From Planctomycetota bacterium (GTDB lineage Bacteria > Planctomycetota > UBA8108 > SXIK01): a stretch of DNA of 64,000 bases. Made by a program: the position numbers and the translations under genes. Each line of letters begins with the position of its first letter. Position 1 is the stretch's first letter. Under the pieces are notes generated by a model. That model was not told the origin of the DNA, made no database searches, and saw only the letters and a program-made list of their open reading frames with translations. Positions 49,614 to 60,800 of this stretch are shown here, in pieces. Location of the stretch: positions 224,001 through 288,000 of the forward strand of contig OZ244999.1 in assembly GCA_965223265.1 (NCBI GenBank), in the 5' to 3' direction.

Positions 49614-52607
49614 TCACTTCAGCGACACGAGATACGCGAGCAGGTCGGCTGCTTCCTGTGCGGTCATGTCGCGCAGCAGGAGCTCTGGCATGAGCGACTG
49701 CGGCTGTGCCTCCATGGCGGCGACTTCAGCAGCTGGTATGGCGATGGACTTCTTCTCCACGGTTTTCAAGATCACTTCGCTCGAGGTTTTCTTAACGAGG
49801 AGCCCGCTCTCAACGTCCCCCTTCGTCGTCACGACGACATAGGTTGCGTGTTCGGGAGCGACTTTTGCGGACGGCTTGAGAATGTGGGTCAACAGCTCCG
49901 CGCGCGGATAGCGCTTGCCGACATCCTTCAAGTCTGGACCTAACGACTCGCCTGCTCCTGCGATCGGATGGCAGGTGCGGCATCGCGCTGCGTCGCTGAA
50001 GTAGATCAACTGACCGCGGGAGGTGTCGCCCTGGCGCGAGAGAATTGTCGCCGGATCGATGTCGTGACCGAGTCGTGTGCGTCGCTGCGCCGGGTCGACG
50101 AATGTCTCGAAGAGGCCGGCGACGTCCGTCGGCCGTGACGACTGGCTCGAAGCGACGATGCGATGGCGGAAGCCGTCGTCGAAGGAGTCACCGTGCAGTG
50201 AATACGCGAGCGCGAGCGAGCCACGCGTCGAGCTGAGCAGATGGTCTGCCGCCGCCAACTTGGCGTCCGCGTCGCCGTCACCGCGCAGCGTGCGAAGCGC
50301 CGCCGCGTCGGAAGTGGACACCCATGGTCCTGGGCGACCCGATGGCTCCATCGACGCGATCCAGTCGCGGATGAGACGAAACCCACGGCGGTCGACAACG
50401 CGCGAACCGATGTGCGGCATGCGGGCGTAACCAAGCTTGCCCATGCGATAGAGCATAATCGACCCGTACGGATCACCCGGTGAGAGAACCTGTGGTTCGC
50501 GCACACCAAACGTGCCCACGCGCGGATGCTTCAGCGTGTCGGTCTGCGCCAGGCTGAAGGATCGTCGCAGATAGATCGAGATCGTCGAGTCGCCGCCGGA
50601 ATTGTGGCAGACACCGCAGTTGACGTGCAAATACGATCGCGCCCGCTCCTCGAGGTCTGTGCTCGAGTCGTGCGGATCGACGAGTCGGATCGACGGCTTG
50701 GACACCACTTGCGCGGCAGCCTCGCTGAAGACTCCTTGGTTGACTAACTCGTCGAGCTGGTTCGGTCGTCCGGAACCGCCCGCTGGCGCCGCGGCGTTTA
50801 GCTGTGCCGGCTCGAAACCGAGCAAGACGCCGCCGGGTACGTTGTGACAAAGATGGCACTCGCTGCGTCCGGCGAAGCGCCAGCTGCGCTCCGTGCTGCC
50901 GCTTGGGGCGTTCGGTTCACGCAGCCGCAGCGGCTCGTCGCGGCCGACCGCATCGACGAGGAGCGCGTCGGTTTGCGTCTCATTCCATGCGTACGTATAC
51001 GGGCGCCAAACGTTTTCCTCGTAGTGGAGGATCTGCGTCTCGACGCGACGTTTGGCGGCGCCCTCGTGGGTGTCAAGGAGGAGCGTCTTGACGAGCACGG
51101 TTCCTGTCGGAAATTCCCAAGCGCTACGCGCTCCAGGTTCCGCCGTCGGGGCGGCATTGATCGTCGTGTCACCTGGAAGCGCAAGGTGGCGGACAGCAGT
51201 GGCCCCGTCCATCCATGGTCGCGCGACGATATTGTACGGCACGACGCCAGCGGCTGGTGTCATGTCGGCGATCGATGCGAAAAGCCCAGTCTCACTGAGC
51301 CGCCGTGGAAAGTCCGCCACTTGCTGCTGCGGCGGCCGCGGCTCCAGTCGATAGAGCCTGCCGGTGTGATCGTGATCGAGCACGTAGATCTCACCGTCCG
51401 CGCCTTCGGCGAATGCGATGATGCGCAGGTCGCTGTCGGTCAGCTCGCGGTGATCAAAAGTGCCGCCGCTGGCGCGCCGAATCGACCAAATGGTCCCGGT
51501 GACGTAGTCGCCGTAGAGAAAAGAGCCTCTGAGCTCAGGGAACGCATGTCCTCGGTAGACAATTCCCCCGGTGACAGAGTTAGCCTCTGAGCGCGGGTGA
51601 TCCTTAACCGGTGGCAGGATGGGCGTCGGCCCTCGCTCGACATCGCTTCGCTGTGGCATGCGCCCTTCCATGACGCTCCAGCCATAGTTGCCGCCGCGTT
51701 CGATGAGGTGCACCATCTCCCAGGTTTCCCAGCCGACGTCGCACAGCCACAGGTCGCCGCGGTCGGGATCGAACGCCATCTTCCACGGGTTGCGGAGGCC
51801 GTACGCCCACACTTCCGGTCGCGCACCTGGAAACTCGCGGAAAGGGTTGTCAGCTGGAATGCTGTAGTTCTTGCCGGGGTCGCGCTGGCGCAAGTCGATG
51901 CGCAACACGGAGCCGAGGAGATTGGTGACGTCTTGCGCCGCCTTCTTCGAGTCCGGTGGGTTGGGACCTGTTCCGTCACCCGTCGAGACGTAGAGCGTGC
52001 CGTCAGGCGCGAAGCGAAGGCAGCCACCGTTGTGACCACCTGTAGGCCACGTCAGGATCACGGTTTCACTTTCCGCGTAGAGTCGAAGCGGCATCTCCGG
52101 CGCCGCCACGAATCGCGACAAGCGGGTGATCGGCTCCTTGGGATGAACATACGACACATAGACATACCCATTGCTTTGAAAGGCCGGGTCGAACGTCAGA
52201 TCGAAGAGTCGGAGATCCTCGCCGTAGGGCTCAGGGGCGAGTCTGGCGTTGAGGTCGAGGACGAGATGCCTTGGCACCGCGTCGGATCCACCCTGTGGAT
52301 GTGTTGGCACCGTATAGATTCGGCCGCCGATTTCACCGACGACGAGCCAATCGCGACTTGGTACCTGCGCGACGCACGTTGGCCCCGTAAACGGCGCGTA
52401 CCGTGGCAATGGCGCAACTCGAAAAGGTGAAGGGGGCTCTGGCGTACCGCGGACTCGCGATGCGGTCCAAGACGGGCGTTTTGCCTTTTGCGGCGCAGCA
52501 GCAGACGCCGAACCAGCCATCGAATAAAGCGTGAGACTCGTCGCGATCAGAGCCGTTGCGCTGCGGCGCCATGTGCGGGCGCGGAACTTGACGCGGGGTT
52601 TGTGCAT
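49614..52607 (-). CDS. PQQ-dependent sugar (glucose/sorbosone) dehydrogenase-like protein fused to cytochrome c domains
   Basis: 'HNGGCLRFAPDGTLYVSTGDG', 'AYGLRNPWK', 'GGNYGW'; three CxxCH motifs (CHLCH, CGVCH, CRTCH); planctomycete heme-binding tail 'GPDL...SLMPE'. Confidence 0.88.
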   Translation of the reverse strand: MHKPRVKFRARTWRRSATALIATSLTLYSMAGSASAAAPQKAKRPSWTASRVRGTPEPPSPFRVAPLPRYAPFTGPTCVAQVPSRDWLVVGEIGGRIYTVPTHPQGGSDAVPRHLVLDLNARLAPEPYGEDLRLFDLTFDPAFQSNGYVYVSYVHPKEPITRLSRFVAAPEMPLRLYAESETVILTWPTGGHNGGCLRFAPDGTLYVSTGDGTGPNPPDSKKAAQDVTNLLGSVLRIDLRQRDPGKNYSIPADNPFREFPGARPEVWAYGLRNPWKMAFDPDRGDLWLCDVGWETWEMVHLIERGGNYGWSVMEGRMPQRSDVERGPTPILPPVKDHPRSEANSVTGGIVYRGHAFPELRGSFLYGDYVTGTIWSIRRASGGTFDHRELTDSDLRIIAFAEGADGEIYVLDHDHTGRLYRLEPRPPQQQVADFPRRLSETGLFASIADMTPAAGVVPYNIVARPWMDGATAVRHLALPGDTTINAAPTAEPGARSAWEFPTGTVLVKTLLLDTHEGAAKRRVETQILHYEENVWRPYTYAWNETQTDALLVDAVGRDEPLRLREPNAPSGSTERSWRFAGRSECHLCHNVPGGVLLGFEPAQLNAAAPAGGSGRPNQLDELVNQGVFSEAAAQVVSKPSIRLVDPHDSSTDLEERARSYLHVNCGVCHNSGGDSTISIYLRRSFSLAQTDTLKHPRVGTFGVREPQVLSPGDPYGSIMLYRMGKLGYARMPHIGSRVVDRRGFRLIRDWIASMEPSGRPGPWVSTSDAAALRTLRGDGDADAKLAAADHLLSSTRGSLALAYSLHGDSFDDGFRHRIVASSQSSRPTDVAGLFETFVDPAQRRTRLGHDIDPATILSRQGDTSRGQLIYFSDAARCRTCHPIAGAGESLGPDLKDVGKRYPRAELLTHILKPSAKVAPEHATYVVVTTKGDVESGLLVKKTSSEVILKTVEKKSIAIPAAEVAAMEAQPQSLMPELLLRDMTAQEAADLLAYLVSLK

Positions 52608-52757
52608 GCTGTGAGAGTCCTTATTCAAATCGTCAATCAAGATCGCGCCCATCATAGCCGCAATCGCGACGACGCGGCGTGACTTTTCGGGCACGCGGCA
52701 CGAGCGGGTTTGTGTCGCGTCGATCTTCGGCGCGCAGGCGAAGCGCCTTTGAATTGT

Positions 52758-53873
52758 TCAACGCCAGCGCAGCGGCGGGAGTTTGCGCAGGTCGATCACC
52801 GCCACGGTCTCATGCGTACGACCCGAGTGAAATTGAACGAAGTCGCCGCGGCGGTCAAACGATGGATGCGCGTGGACTCTTTCCTTCGCTCGAGTTCCTG
52901 TGGCGAGAAGTCGTCGATTGCCTGAAGCTGTCTCCATGAGCCAGACGCGTCCATCAAAGTCGTCGATGACGATAAATCTTCCGTCGGACCGCGCTGCTGC
53001 ATGCCAATAGCGACCCTCCGTGATCATGGTTGACGCGCCGTCAGTCTTGACGGTCATGATGCCTTGGCGGTCGTTCACCATCAGCATCTCGCCCGTCTCC
53101 GCGATCCATGACTCATGCGTCACCCACTCCTTCAGCGGTGTGAACCAATCGTCCGGCTTGGTGCGGAAGTAAAACGGTCGATTGGAGCTGCCATCGATAT
53201 TGACGAGCCAGCTGCGCTGCGGTGCATAGCCTCCCGTCTCCCAGACGTAGAAGATGACCGGTTCGGTAGGGCTGTGCTGAACGTGGGTGATTCTGAATCC
53301 TTGTGTGATCACAGGGCGGTATGCGCCGGAAGCGATGTTGAGGAGTCCGATCTCCCAGTTGTTCTCGTCACGCTGCTTGCTGAGCGCAAGCCATTCGCCA
53401 TCGTGGCTGACACTCGGCTGTTGATACATGCCGAGGCGCGGTGGGGGGATTTCGCCGAGCTTCTTCGCACGAAAGTCAGTGACGTCGATGGCGAAGACTT
53501 CGGGGCCGCGAAGGTAGTACAGGAGTTTACCGTCACTTGGATCCGGACACCCGCTGCGGCTGCTGATATCAGGCCCTTCCGTCAGTTGGAATATCTTCCA
53601 CGTGGACACGTCAGCCCGAAAGAGTTGCCACTCACCTGCTAGTGTCGAGGCAAAGATCAGGTTGCGGTTGTCGGCGGTGAAGTTGGAGAAGTGATAGTAG
53701 AGGTTGTCGCTGCGCGCCGGGGCGCTGGTCAATTCGTAGACTCGAATCCCTGTGACGTCGTCGATGTACGCTTTTCCTTGCACGCCCCAATCGCGGCCGA
53801 CTTGTGCCAATAACGACGCGGGCAGAGTCATTGCAATGTACAGCGCGGCGACGTACGTCAAACCGTTTTTCAT
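52758..53873 (-). CDS. Oligogalacturonate lyase-like beta-propeller protein
   Basis: 'DDVTGIRVYELT', 'LYYHFSNFTAD', 'THESW', 'HAHPSF'. Signal peptide present. Confidence 0.7.
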   Translation of the reverse strand: MKNGLTYVAALYIAMTLPASLLAQVGRDWGVQGKAYIDDVTGIRVYELTSAPARSDNLYYHFSNFTADNRNLIFASTLAGEWQLFRADVSTWKIFQLTEGPDISSRSGCPDPSDGKLLYYLRGPEVFAIDVTDFRAKKLGEIPPPRLGMYQQPSVSHDGEWLALSKQRDENNWEIGLLNIASGAYRPVITQGFRITHVQHSPTEPVIFYVWETGGYAPQRSWLVNIDGSSNRPFYFRTKPDDWFTPLKEWVTHESWIAETGEMLMVNDRQGIMTVKTDGASTMITEGRYWHAAARSDGRFIVIDDFDGRVWLMETASGNRRLLATGTRAKERVHAHPSFDRRGDFVQFHSGRTHETVAVIDLRKLPPLRWR

Positions 53874-54035
53874 AGAAGTGGTCTCCGATGGGGCTGCAGT
53901 CGAGAACTTCCTTTAACTTCAACTTGCGGTGAGGACTGGGGTCAAGCGCGAAAACAACCGAAGACGATCACGCGGGGAATACCGCGCCCGTGGATTTCGA
54001 AGGTGTAAGGATGAGGGCTACCGGCGGGAGGTCCC

Positions 54036-54632
54036 ATGTTCGGACTTGTCAATCAAGCGATCGTGTCGTACGTGACGCGGCACCACGGAGACGCTGCGCT
54101 TGAGGCGCTTCGAAGCAAGACTGAGGGAGTTGATCTCAATTTTTTCAGCATGGAGCAGTATCCGGACGAATGGTCCGTGGCCCTCGTGAAAACTGCTGCA
54201 GAAATTGTCGGCGAGAGGCCGGAAATCCTGCTCGAGAAGATCGGTGAGTTTTGGATTGAATTCGTTCTCGAGGGCGACTACGCCGACATGATCTCGATCG
54301 GCGGTGGTAGTGTCGCGGAGTTTCTGATGAATCTCGACGCGCTCCACGCCAGAGTCGGACAGGCGTTCCACGATCTTCGTCCACCTTCTTTTTGGTGCAC
54401 GGATGTGACGTCGGATTCTCTGCTGCTTCACTATTCATCCGAGCGCGATGGGTTAGCGCCGCTCGCCGTCGGAATGATCAAGGGCGTGGGGCGGATGTTC
54501 GATGTCGAAGTGTCTGTTACCTCGGTTGGCTCTGAGTCTGGCGACGACGAGAGCCACACGTTTCGCGTCGACATGGAACCGTGCGTGGAAGACGCTGCCT
54601 CTGCAGCGAATCGATTCATTGAGGGGGCGTAA
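54036..54632 (+). CDS. H-NOX (heme NO-binding) protein
   Basis: 'MFGLVN', proximal His in 'NLDALHARV', 'PPSF', YxSxR motif 'YSSER'. Confidence 0.92.
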   Translation: MFGLVNQAIVSYVTRHHGDAALEALRSKTEGVDLNFFSMEQYPDEWSVALVKTAAEIVGERPEILLEKIGEFWIEFVLEGDYADMISIGGGSVAEFLMNLDALHARVGQAFHDLRPPSFWCTDVTSDSLLLHYSSERDGLAPLAVGMIKGVGRMFDVEVSVTSVGSESGDDESHTFRVDMEPCVEDAASAANRFIEGA

Positions 54633-54634
54633 AC

Positions 54635-56719
54635 GTGATCGAGTTCGACGAAAGAATGCTCGACGCGGCGTTTCCGTTCTACCTCTGCGTCGACAATCAG
54701 TTCAGCGTCGTCAGCGTGGGACGGTCGCTCTACAAGTGCGTTCCTGATCTGAAAGTCGGCGAGCCCATGCGTTCACACTTCGACGTCGAGAGGCCGGTCG
54801 TCGAATCGTTCGAAGACTTCGCTGTTCGGTCTTCGGGTATCTTCGTCGTTCGCTGCCGAGTTACCGACGTTCGCATGCGCTATCAGGCGATCCAGTCGCC
54901 TTCGCGGGATTTGCTTTTCTTGGTCGGATCGCCAGCTCTCACCTCAGTCGAGGACTTTCGGCGACTTGGATTAACGGTGTCAGATTTCGCGCAGCACGAC
55001 GCTGTCCCTGACTATGTCGTCGTCGTGAACCCGAAGAGTATGCTCATCGAGGAAGCGTTGAAGCTTGCCAAGGATTTGGAGGTGGCACGCGACGCAGCAG
55101 AGGCCGCGAGTGTCGCCAAGACGCAGTTCCTTGCAACGATCAGTCATGAGATCCGTACGCCGATGAACGGAATCTTGGGAATGACGGAGCTTCTTCTTCG
55201 AGGTCGGTTGACAGAGAAACAAAGGGGCTTTGCTGAGAAACTGCATCGGTCGGGGACGGGGCTGTTGACACTGATCAATGACCTACTCGATTTTGCGAAG
55301 ATGGAATCCGGCAAGTTGGAACTTGAGCGCTCGAGCTTTTCCCTCGAGGACCTGGTCGCCGAAGTCATGGAACTCTTCGCGCCTCGAGCTCACTCGCAGG
55401 GGCTCGAGATCACCTATCGAGTCGAGAAGCAGCTGCGGAGTCGGACATTTCTTGGCGATTCGGGGCGACTTCGCCAAGCTTTGAGCAACCTGGTGTCGAA
55501 TGCCGTCAAGTTCACTGAGCGTGGCGAGATCTCGACGAGCGTCGAGTTGGCCGAGGAGACCGCAGGCTCTGCCTGCGTGACGATCAGCGTGCGAGACACC
55601 GGAATCGGCGTTTCTTCAGAGCTGCACGGCAAGATCTTCGACGCGTTCGAGCAAGCCGACGGTTCAATGACGCGGAAATTCGGCGGCACAGGGCTCGGGC
55701 TGTCCATCGTCAAGCAGATTGCTGTTCTCATGGACGGCGACATCAAAGTTGAGAGCCGGGTGGGCGAGGGTAGCGTCTTTCGTCTGTCAGTGCGTCTGGC
55801 CACCGTTGCAGACCAAGTCACACCTACTGACGCAGTCTCATTTGCTGGCAGAAGGGTCCTCGTCGTCGATGACTGTAAAACTACGCGCGACTTGCTAAAA
55901 ACGATGCTTGAGGAGTTCCAGCTTCGAGTCGACGGCACCGATTCGGTGGAGGCAGCAACTGCTGCGTTTAGGCGTTCAGTCGAAGATTCTCAGCTGTACG
56001 ACCTTGCGATCGTCGATCTCGAGATGGGTTCCGTGAGCGAATCGGCGTTCGTCACGAGAATAGGCGCTGATAGCGACTTTGCTTCGGTCCGCACCATTCT
56101 GATGACTTCCGGTGTCGCCTCCTCGCTGCGCGTGAAGGGAAAGAACGTTACGGGGATGCTGCTGAAGCCGATCAGACGGTCCAGGTTACTTGAACTGGTT
56201 GAACGCGCGCTGCAGGCGAGTGATGCGCGACCTCCAGTTTCGTGCGTGCCACCGCCGCAGGTACCTGCGGCGCCGATCGAGGCTTCCGGACGCCGCGGCT
56301 CCGTGCTTCTCGTTGAAGACAACGAAGTGAACCGAGAGGTCGCCGTCGCCATGCTCGAGTTTCTTGGCTATGACGCCGCCACTGCGGTGAACGGTTTAGA
56401 GGCCGTCGAGATGGTCCAGGTGGAGACGTTCGATCTCATCTTCATGGACTGTCAGATGCCCGAACTGGACGGATTCGCATCGACACAGAGAATCCGGCAG
56501 CTCGGCGGCAAGATTCATCAGGTGCCGATCATCGCCATGACCGCCAATGTCATGAAGGGTGACAAGGAGCGTTGCTTGAACGCAGGCATGGACGACTACC
56601 TTGGAAAACCTTTCTCCGACGAGCAACTAGCCGAGGTGCTGGAGAAGTGGCTCGGAGCGTCTGCTGCCGACCACGCCGCGTCCGCTAGCGAGCAGGATGG
56701 CCGAGCCTCGCGGCGCTGA
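54635..56719 (+). CDS. Hybrid sensor histidine kinase (HNOBA/PAS-HisKA-HATPase-two receivers)
   Basis: 'AFPFYL', 'LGLTVSDFAQHD'; 'SHEIRTPMNG', 'NAVKFT', 'GGTGLGL'; receiver 'FMDCQMPELDG'. Confidence 0.92.
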   Translation: MIEFDERMLDAAFPFYLCVDNQFSVVSVGRSLYKCVPDLKVGEPMRSHFDVERPVVESFEDFAVRSSGIFVVRCRVTDVRMRYQAIQSPSRDLLFLVGSPALTSVEDFRRLGLTVSDFAQHDAVPDYVVVVNPKSMLIEEALKLAKDLEVARDAAEAASVAKTQFLATISHEIRTPMNGILGMTELLLRGRLTEKQRGFAEKLHRSGTGLLTLINDLLDFAKMESGKLELERSSFSLEDLVAEVMELFAPRAHSQGLEITYRVEKQLRSRTFLGDSGRLRQALSNLVSNAVKFTERGEISTSVELAEETAGSACVTISVRDTGIGVSSELHGKIFDAFEQADGSMTRKFGGTGLGLSIVKQIAVLMDGDIKVESRVGEGSVFRLSVRLATVADQVTPTDAVSFAGRRVLVVDDCKTTRDLLKTMLEEFQLRVDGTDSVEAATAAFRRSVEDSQLYDLAIVDLEMGSVSESAFVTRIGADSDFASVRTILMTSGVASSLRVKGKNVTGMLLKPIRRSRLLELVERALQASDARPPVSCVPPPQVPAAPIEASGRRGSVLLVEDNEVNREVAVAMLEFLGYDAATAVNGLEAVEMVQVETFDLIFMDCQMPELDGFASTQRIRQLGGKIHQVPIIAMTANVMKGDKERCLNAGMDDYLGKPFSDEQLAEVLEKWLGASAADHAASASEQDGRASRR

Positions 56720-56844
56720 TCCTTGGAATCACATCGCAACTTCGCTATCTTAACGGTAGCTTTCTGAGGCGGCTGCTGGCAGCCGTGAATGCGTAGCCTG
56801 CGGAGAGCTCGCCGCAGCCGCGGCTAAGCGAGCGGAGAGAGAAG

Positions 56845-57792
56845 TTGGGACGTTACTCGTTGACACTATTGGGACTCATCTCACTGGGTTGCCAAGGGAG
56901 CGTACGAGACATGAGCGCGGAGCGACCTGATCTCGCTGAGCTGTGGGATTTTCAGCGCCCGGATGAAACAGAGACGCGTTTTCGTGAGCTCTTATCGAAT
57001 TTGCAGTCGCCGGACGACACCGGGTATTACACCGAAGTGCTGACGCAGATCGCGCGCACGGAAGGACTGCAGGGGAAGTTCGAAGCTGCCCACGCGACAC
57101 TCGACGAGGCCGAGAAACTCGTCACTCCGCAGGCTGCGAAGGCGCGCCTACGGTATCTGCTCGAGCGAGGGCGCGTGTTCAATTCGTCGGGTGAACCGGC
57201 GAAGGCGGTGCCGCTTTTTCGCGACGCCTGGGAGTTCGGTCAATCGACGAGCGAGGACGGACTGACGATCGATGCCGCGCACATGGTCGCCATCGCCAAA
57301 CAGGATGCACCAGACGAAGCTTTGGACTGGAATCTGAGGGCGCTGGAGTACGCCGAGCAGAGCTCGTCGCCCGGCGCGCAAAAGTGGCTTGGTGCACTCT
57401 ACAACAACATCGGTTGGACGTATTTCGATCGTGAGGAGTACGAGAAGGCACTCGAGATTCACGAGAAAGCTTTGGCGTGGCGGCAATCTCAAGGCGATGT
57501 GCGTTCGACGTTGATCGCGGAGTGGTCCGTCGCGAGGATGCTGCGTGCGCTCGGTCGCACGGAGGAGGCTCTCGAGCGTCAGACGAAGCTCGAAGCGGCG
57601 TATCGCCACCACGGCTTGGATCCGGACGGTTATGTTTTTGAAGAACTCGGCGAGTGTCACCTCGCGCTCGGCCGACCGGGTCACGAGGCATTTTTCGCCC
57701 GCGCCTACGAGCTGCTGTCGAAGGATTCCTGGCTCGTGCAGAATGAAGCAGAGCGCGTCGCGCGGATCAGGCAGCTCGGCGGTGTGGAGTGA
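56845..57792 (+). CDS. Tetratricopeptide repeat protein, possible lipoprotein
   Basis: TTG start gives lipobox-like 'SLGC'; 'LERGRVFNSSG', 'DAAHMVAI', 'LYNNIGW'. ATG 56911 is an alternative start. Confidence 0.75.
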   Translation: MGRYSLTLLGLISLGCQGSVRDMSAERPDLAELWDFQRPDETETRFRELLSNLQSPDDTGYYTEVLTQIARTEGLQGKFEAAHATLDEAEKLVTPQAAKARLRYLLERGRVFNSSGEPAKAVPLFRDAWEFGQSTSEDGLTIDAAHMVAIAKQDAPDEALDWNLRALEYAEQSSSPGAQKWLGALYNNIGWTYFDREEYEKALEIHEKALAWRQSQGDVRSTLIAEWSVARMLRALGRTEEALERQTKLEAAYRHHGLDPDGYVFEELGECHLALGRPGHEAFFARAYELLSKDSWLVQNEAERVARIRQLGGVE

Positions 57793-57843
57793 GATCTCGT
57801 CCGAAGACGGCTGCTCGTTGGCGCTCGTCATCGCCGCAGACCG

Positions 57844-60800
57844 TTAGTGGAAGTCGTGACTTTCTACCTTGGCGGGTTGGTCACTGAACTGCGGCTGCCA
57901 AAATTTTGCTGCGATGATGTGTGCGACGCCGTCCTGCTTTTGCAGCGTGCCGCTGACGCCGAGGACATGGGTTGTTTTGAGCAGCACGGCATTGCGATCA
58001 AAAATTTTGCTCCAAACGACGAGATTGACGAAGCCGCTTTCGTCTTCGAGTGTCATGAAGACGACTCCCGCTGCTGTGCCAGGGCGCTGACGGCAGATGA
58101 CCAGGCCAACGTAGCGAACTCGACAGCCGTCGGCCATGGCGTTGAGCCTCTGCGCATCCGGAAGTTTGTGAGCGCTGAGCTCGGCTCGCAACAGTGCCAG
58201 AGGATGGCTTCGCGGACTCAATCCCATAGCGCCGTAGTCCCAGGCGACGTCTTCGAAAGAGTTGAGCTGGGAAAACTGCGCCGGCGGTTCAGAGTACGCC
58301 AGTTCAAGCTCTGCGCGTCGCGTGTGAGTCTCCCCTCGCGTCTTCCAGAGCGCTTGGCGACGGTTTTTTTCAAGGCTGGCGAGAGAGCCTGCTTCCGCGA
58401 GCAGCGAAAGCGAACTTGACGAGATGCGAGCCCGCGACGCGAGCTCGTCGATCGAGGAGAAGCTATGTTCACGTCGCTCCAGCTCGATGCGGCTCCAGTC
58501 GGTGTGCCTTAGGCCTTTGATGAAACGGGCGCCAAGGCGTACCGCGAAGTCGTAGCGGCCACCACGAGCCCGTTCGAGAGTGCAGTCCCAGTCGCTCGTC
58601 AGCGCATCGATCGGGCGTACTTCAACGTCATGACGCTTGGCGTCATCGATGATGGTGGCAGCTGAGTAAAAACCCATCGGCAGAGCGTTGAGTAAGCTAC
58701 AAGTAAAAACGTCTGGGAAGTGACACTTCATCCAGGCCCCCGCATAGGCGATCAAGGCGAAGCTTGCGGCGTGGCTTTCGGGAAAACCGTACTCACCAAA
58801 GCCTCGAATCTGTTCAAAGACGCGTTCAGCGAACTCGATCGAGATGCCTTTCTCCGCCATGCGTCCGATGAGGCGGGCGCGGTGTCGCTCGATGCGCCCA
58901 GTCTTACGCCATGCGGCCATGTCACGGCGCAGCTGGTCAGCTTCGCCCGGAGTGTAGTCCGCGGCGACCATGGCGAGCCGAATGACCTGCTCTTGAAAGA
59001 GCGGCACACCAAGCGTTTTTTTGAGTACTGGTTCCAGAGAGGGATGTGGGTAGATGACGTCTTCTTCACCACTGCGTCGCCGCAAGTAAGGGTGCACCAT
59101 GCCACCTGTGATCGGGCCGGGGCGAACGATGCTCACCTCGATGACGATGTCGTAGTAAGTGTGCGGTTTGAGTCGCGGCAGCATCGCCATTTGGGCACGA
59201 CTTTCGATTTGAAAGACGCCGACGGTGTCGGCGCGGCAGATCATGTCATACGTCTCTCGGTCATCCGGCGGCACGGTGGCCATGCCCCATTCCTGTCGAT
59301 AGTGCTCGCGCAGTAGATCGAAGCCTTTGTGGAGCTGGGTGAGAGCCCCGAGGCCCAACAAGTCGACCTTGAAGAGTCCAAGCGTCTCGAGGCTGTCCTT
59401 ATCCCACTGGATAACGGTGCGCTGCGGCATCGAAGCATTCTCAATCGGCACGAGAGTGCTGACAGGTTCGTGCCCAAGAAGAAAGCCTCCCGGATGGATC
59501 GAGAGGTGGCGCGGGAAATCGATGAGCTCCTCAACCAGAGCGAGAAGCAGGCGGTGCGTGCGCAGCTCCGGGTCGAGGCCGGCACTCTTGAGGCAGTGTG
59601 GATTGATGGAGTCGTAGGGTGAGAGGAGCTTCGCGAGTCGATCCAGTGCGGTTTCGGCGATTCGGAGCGTCTTGCCGACGTCTCGGACCGCCGAGCGCGT
59701 CCGGTAGCGGACGATGTTGGCGACCATGGCGGCGTGCGTACGGCCATACTTGGCGTAGACGTGCTGGATCACCTCTTCGCGACGTTCATGCTCGATATCG
59801 AGATCGATGTCCGGCGGCTCGGCGCGCTCTCGCGACAGGAAACGCTCGAAGAGGAGCCCCATCTGAATGGGGTCAACAGCAGTGATGCCAAGGCAGTAAC
59901 AGACGGCAGAGTTAGCGGCCGAGCCGCGTCCCTGGCAGAGAATCTTCTGCTGACGACAGAAGCGGACGATCTCTCGCATGGTGAGAAAGTAGCCGCAGTA
60001 GTCAAGCTCATCGATGAGCGCCAGCTCTTTCTCGAGCTGGGTGACCATGGCCGTCGGGACGGTACCGCTGAAGCGTTCAGCGGCACCTGCAAACGTCAGG
60101 CGACGTAGCCAAGAAGACGAGGTCGTCCCGTCTGGTAAATGTTCCGAAGGGTATCGATAGCGCACTTCGCTGAGCGAAAAGGTGCAGCGCTCGGCGACCT
60201 CTTGGGCGTGCATGACGGCTGCAGGGTCGTCGGCAAAGAGCTGTTCGAAGGCACGAGGTGATTTCAAGGCGTGCTCTGCGTTTGGTTTGAGCAAGCGACC
60301 GGCGCTCGATAGCTTCAGACCGTGGCGGATGCAGGTGAGAATGTCCTGAAGGCTGCGCCTTGAGCGGTGGTGATAGAGCGTTTCGAAGCCAGCCACTATG
60401 GGGAGGCCATAGGCGACGGCTCTCTTGCGTAGGCGAGCCTCTTCCTGCACTTCTTCGGCGCGCCGGTGCCGTGCTGCTAGTGCGTAGAGACGGTCGCCAA
60501 AAACTGCACGCAGATCGGCGGCGATGGCGTCGGGAGCGGAGGGTTGGATGAGCAGACTCCGGTCGCCGCCCCAGAGGGCAAGGAGTCCTGCTGCATGTGC
60601 ACACACCTCGTGCCAGCTGACAGCGCTTTGACCTTTGGGGGAGCGGCGACGGCCGCGCGTGATCAGCTGGCACAGATTGGCGTAGCCACCGCGATCACAT
60701 GCCAGAAGGATGAGCGTCGAGGCGTCGGTGAGCGTGATCTCAGAACCGATGATCAGATGGACGCCGCGCTCCTCCGCTTTCGCATGGGCTTCGACGACAC

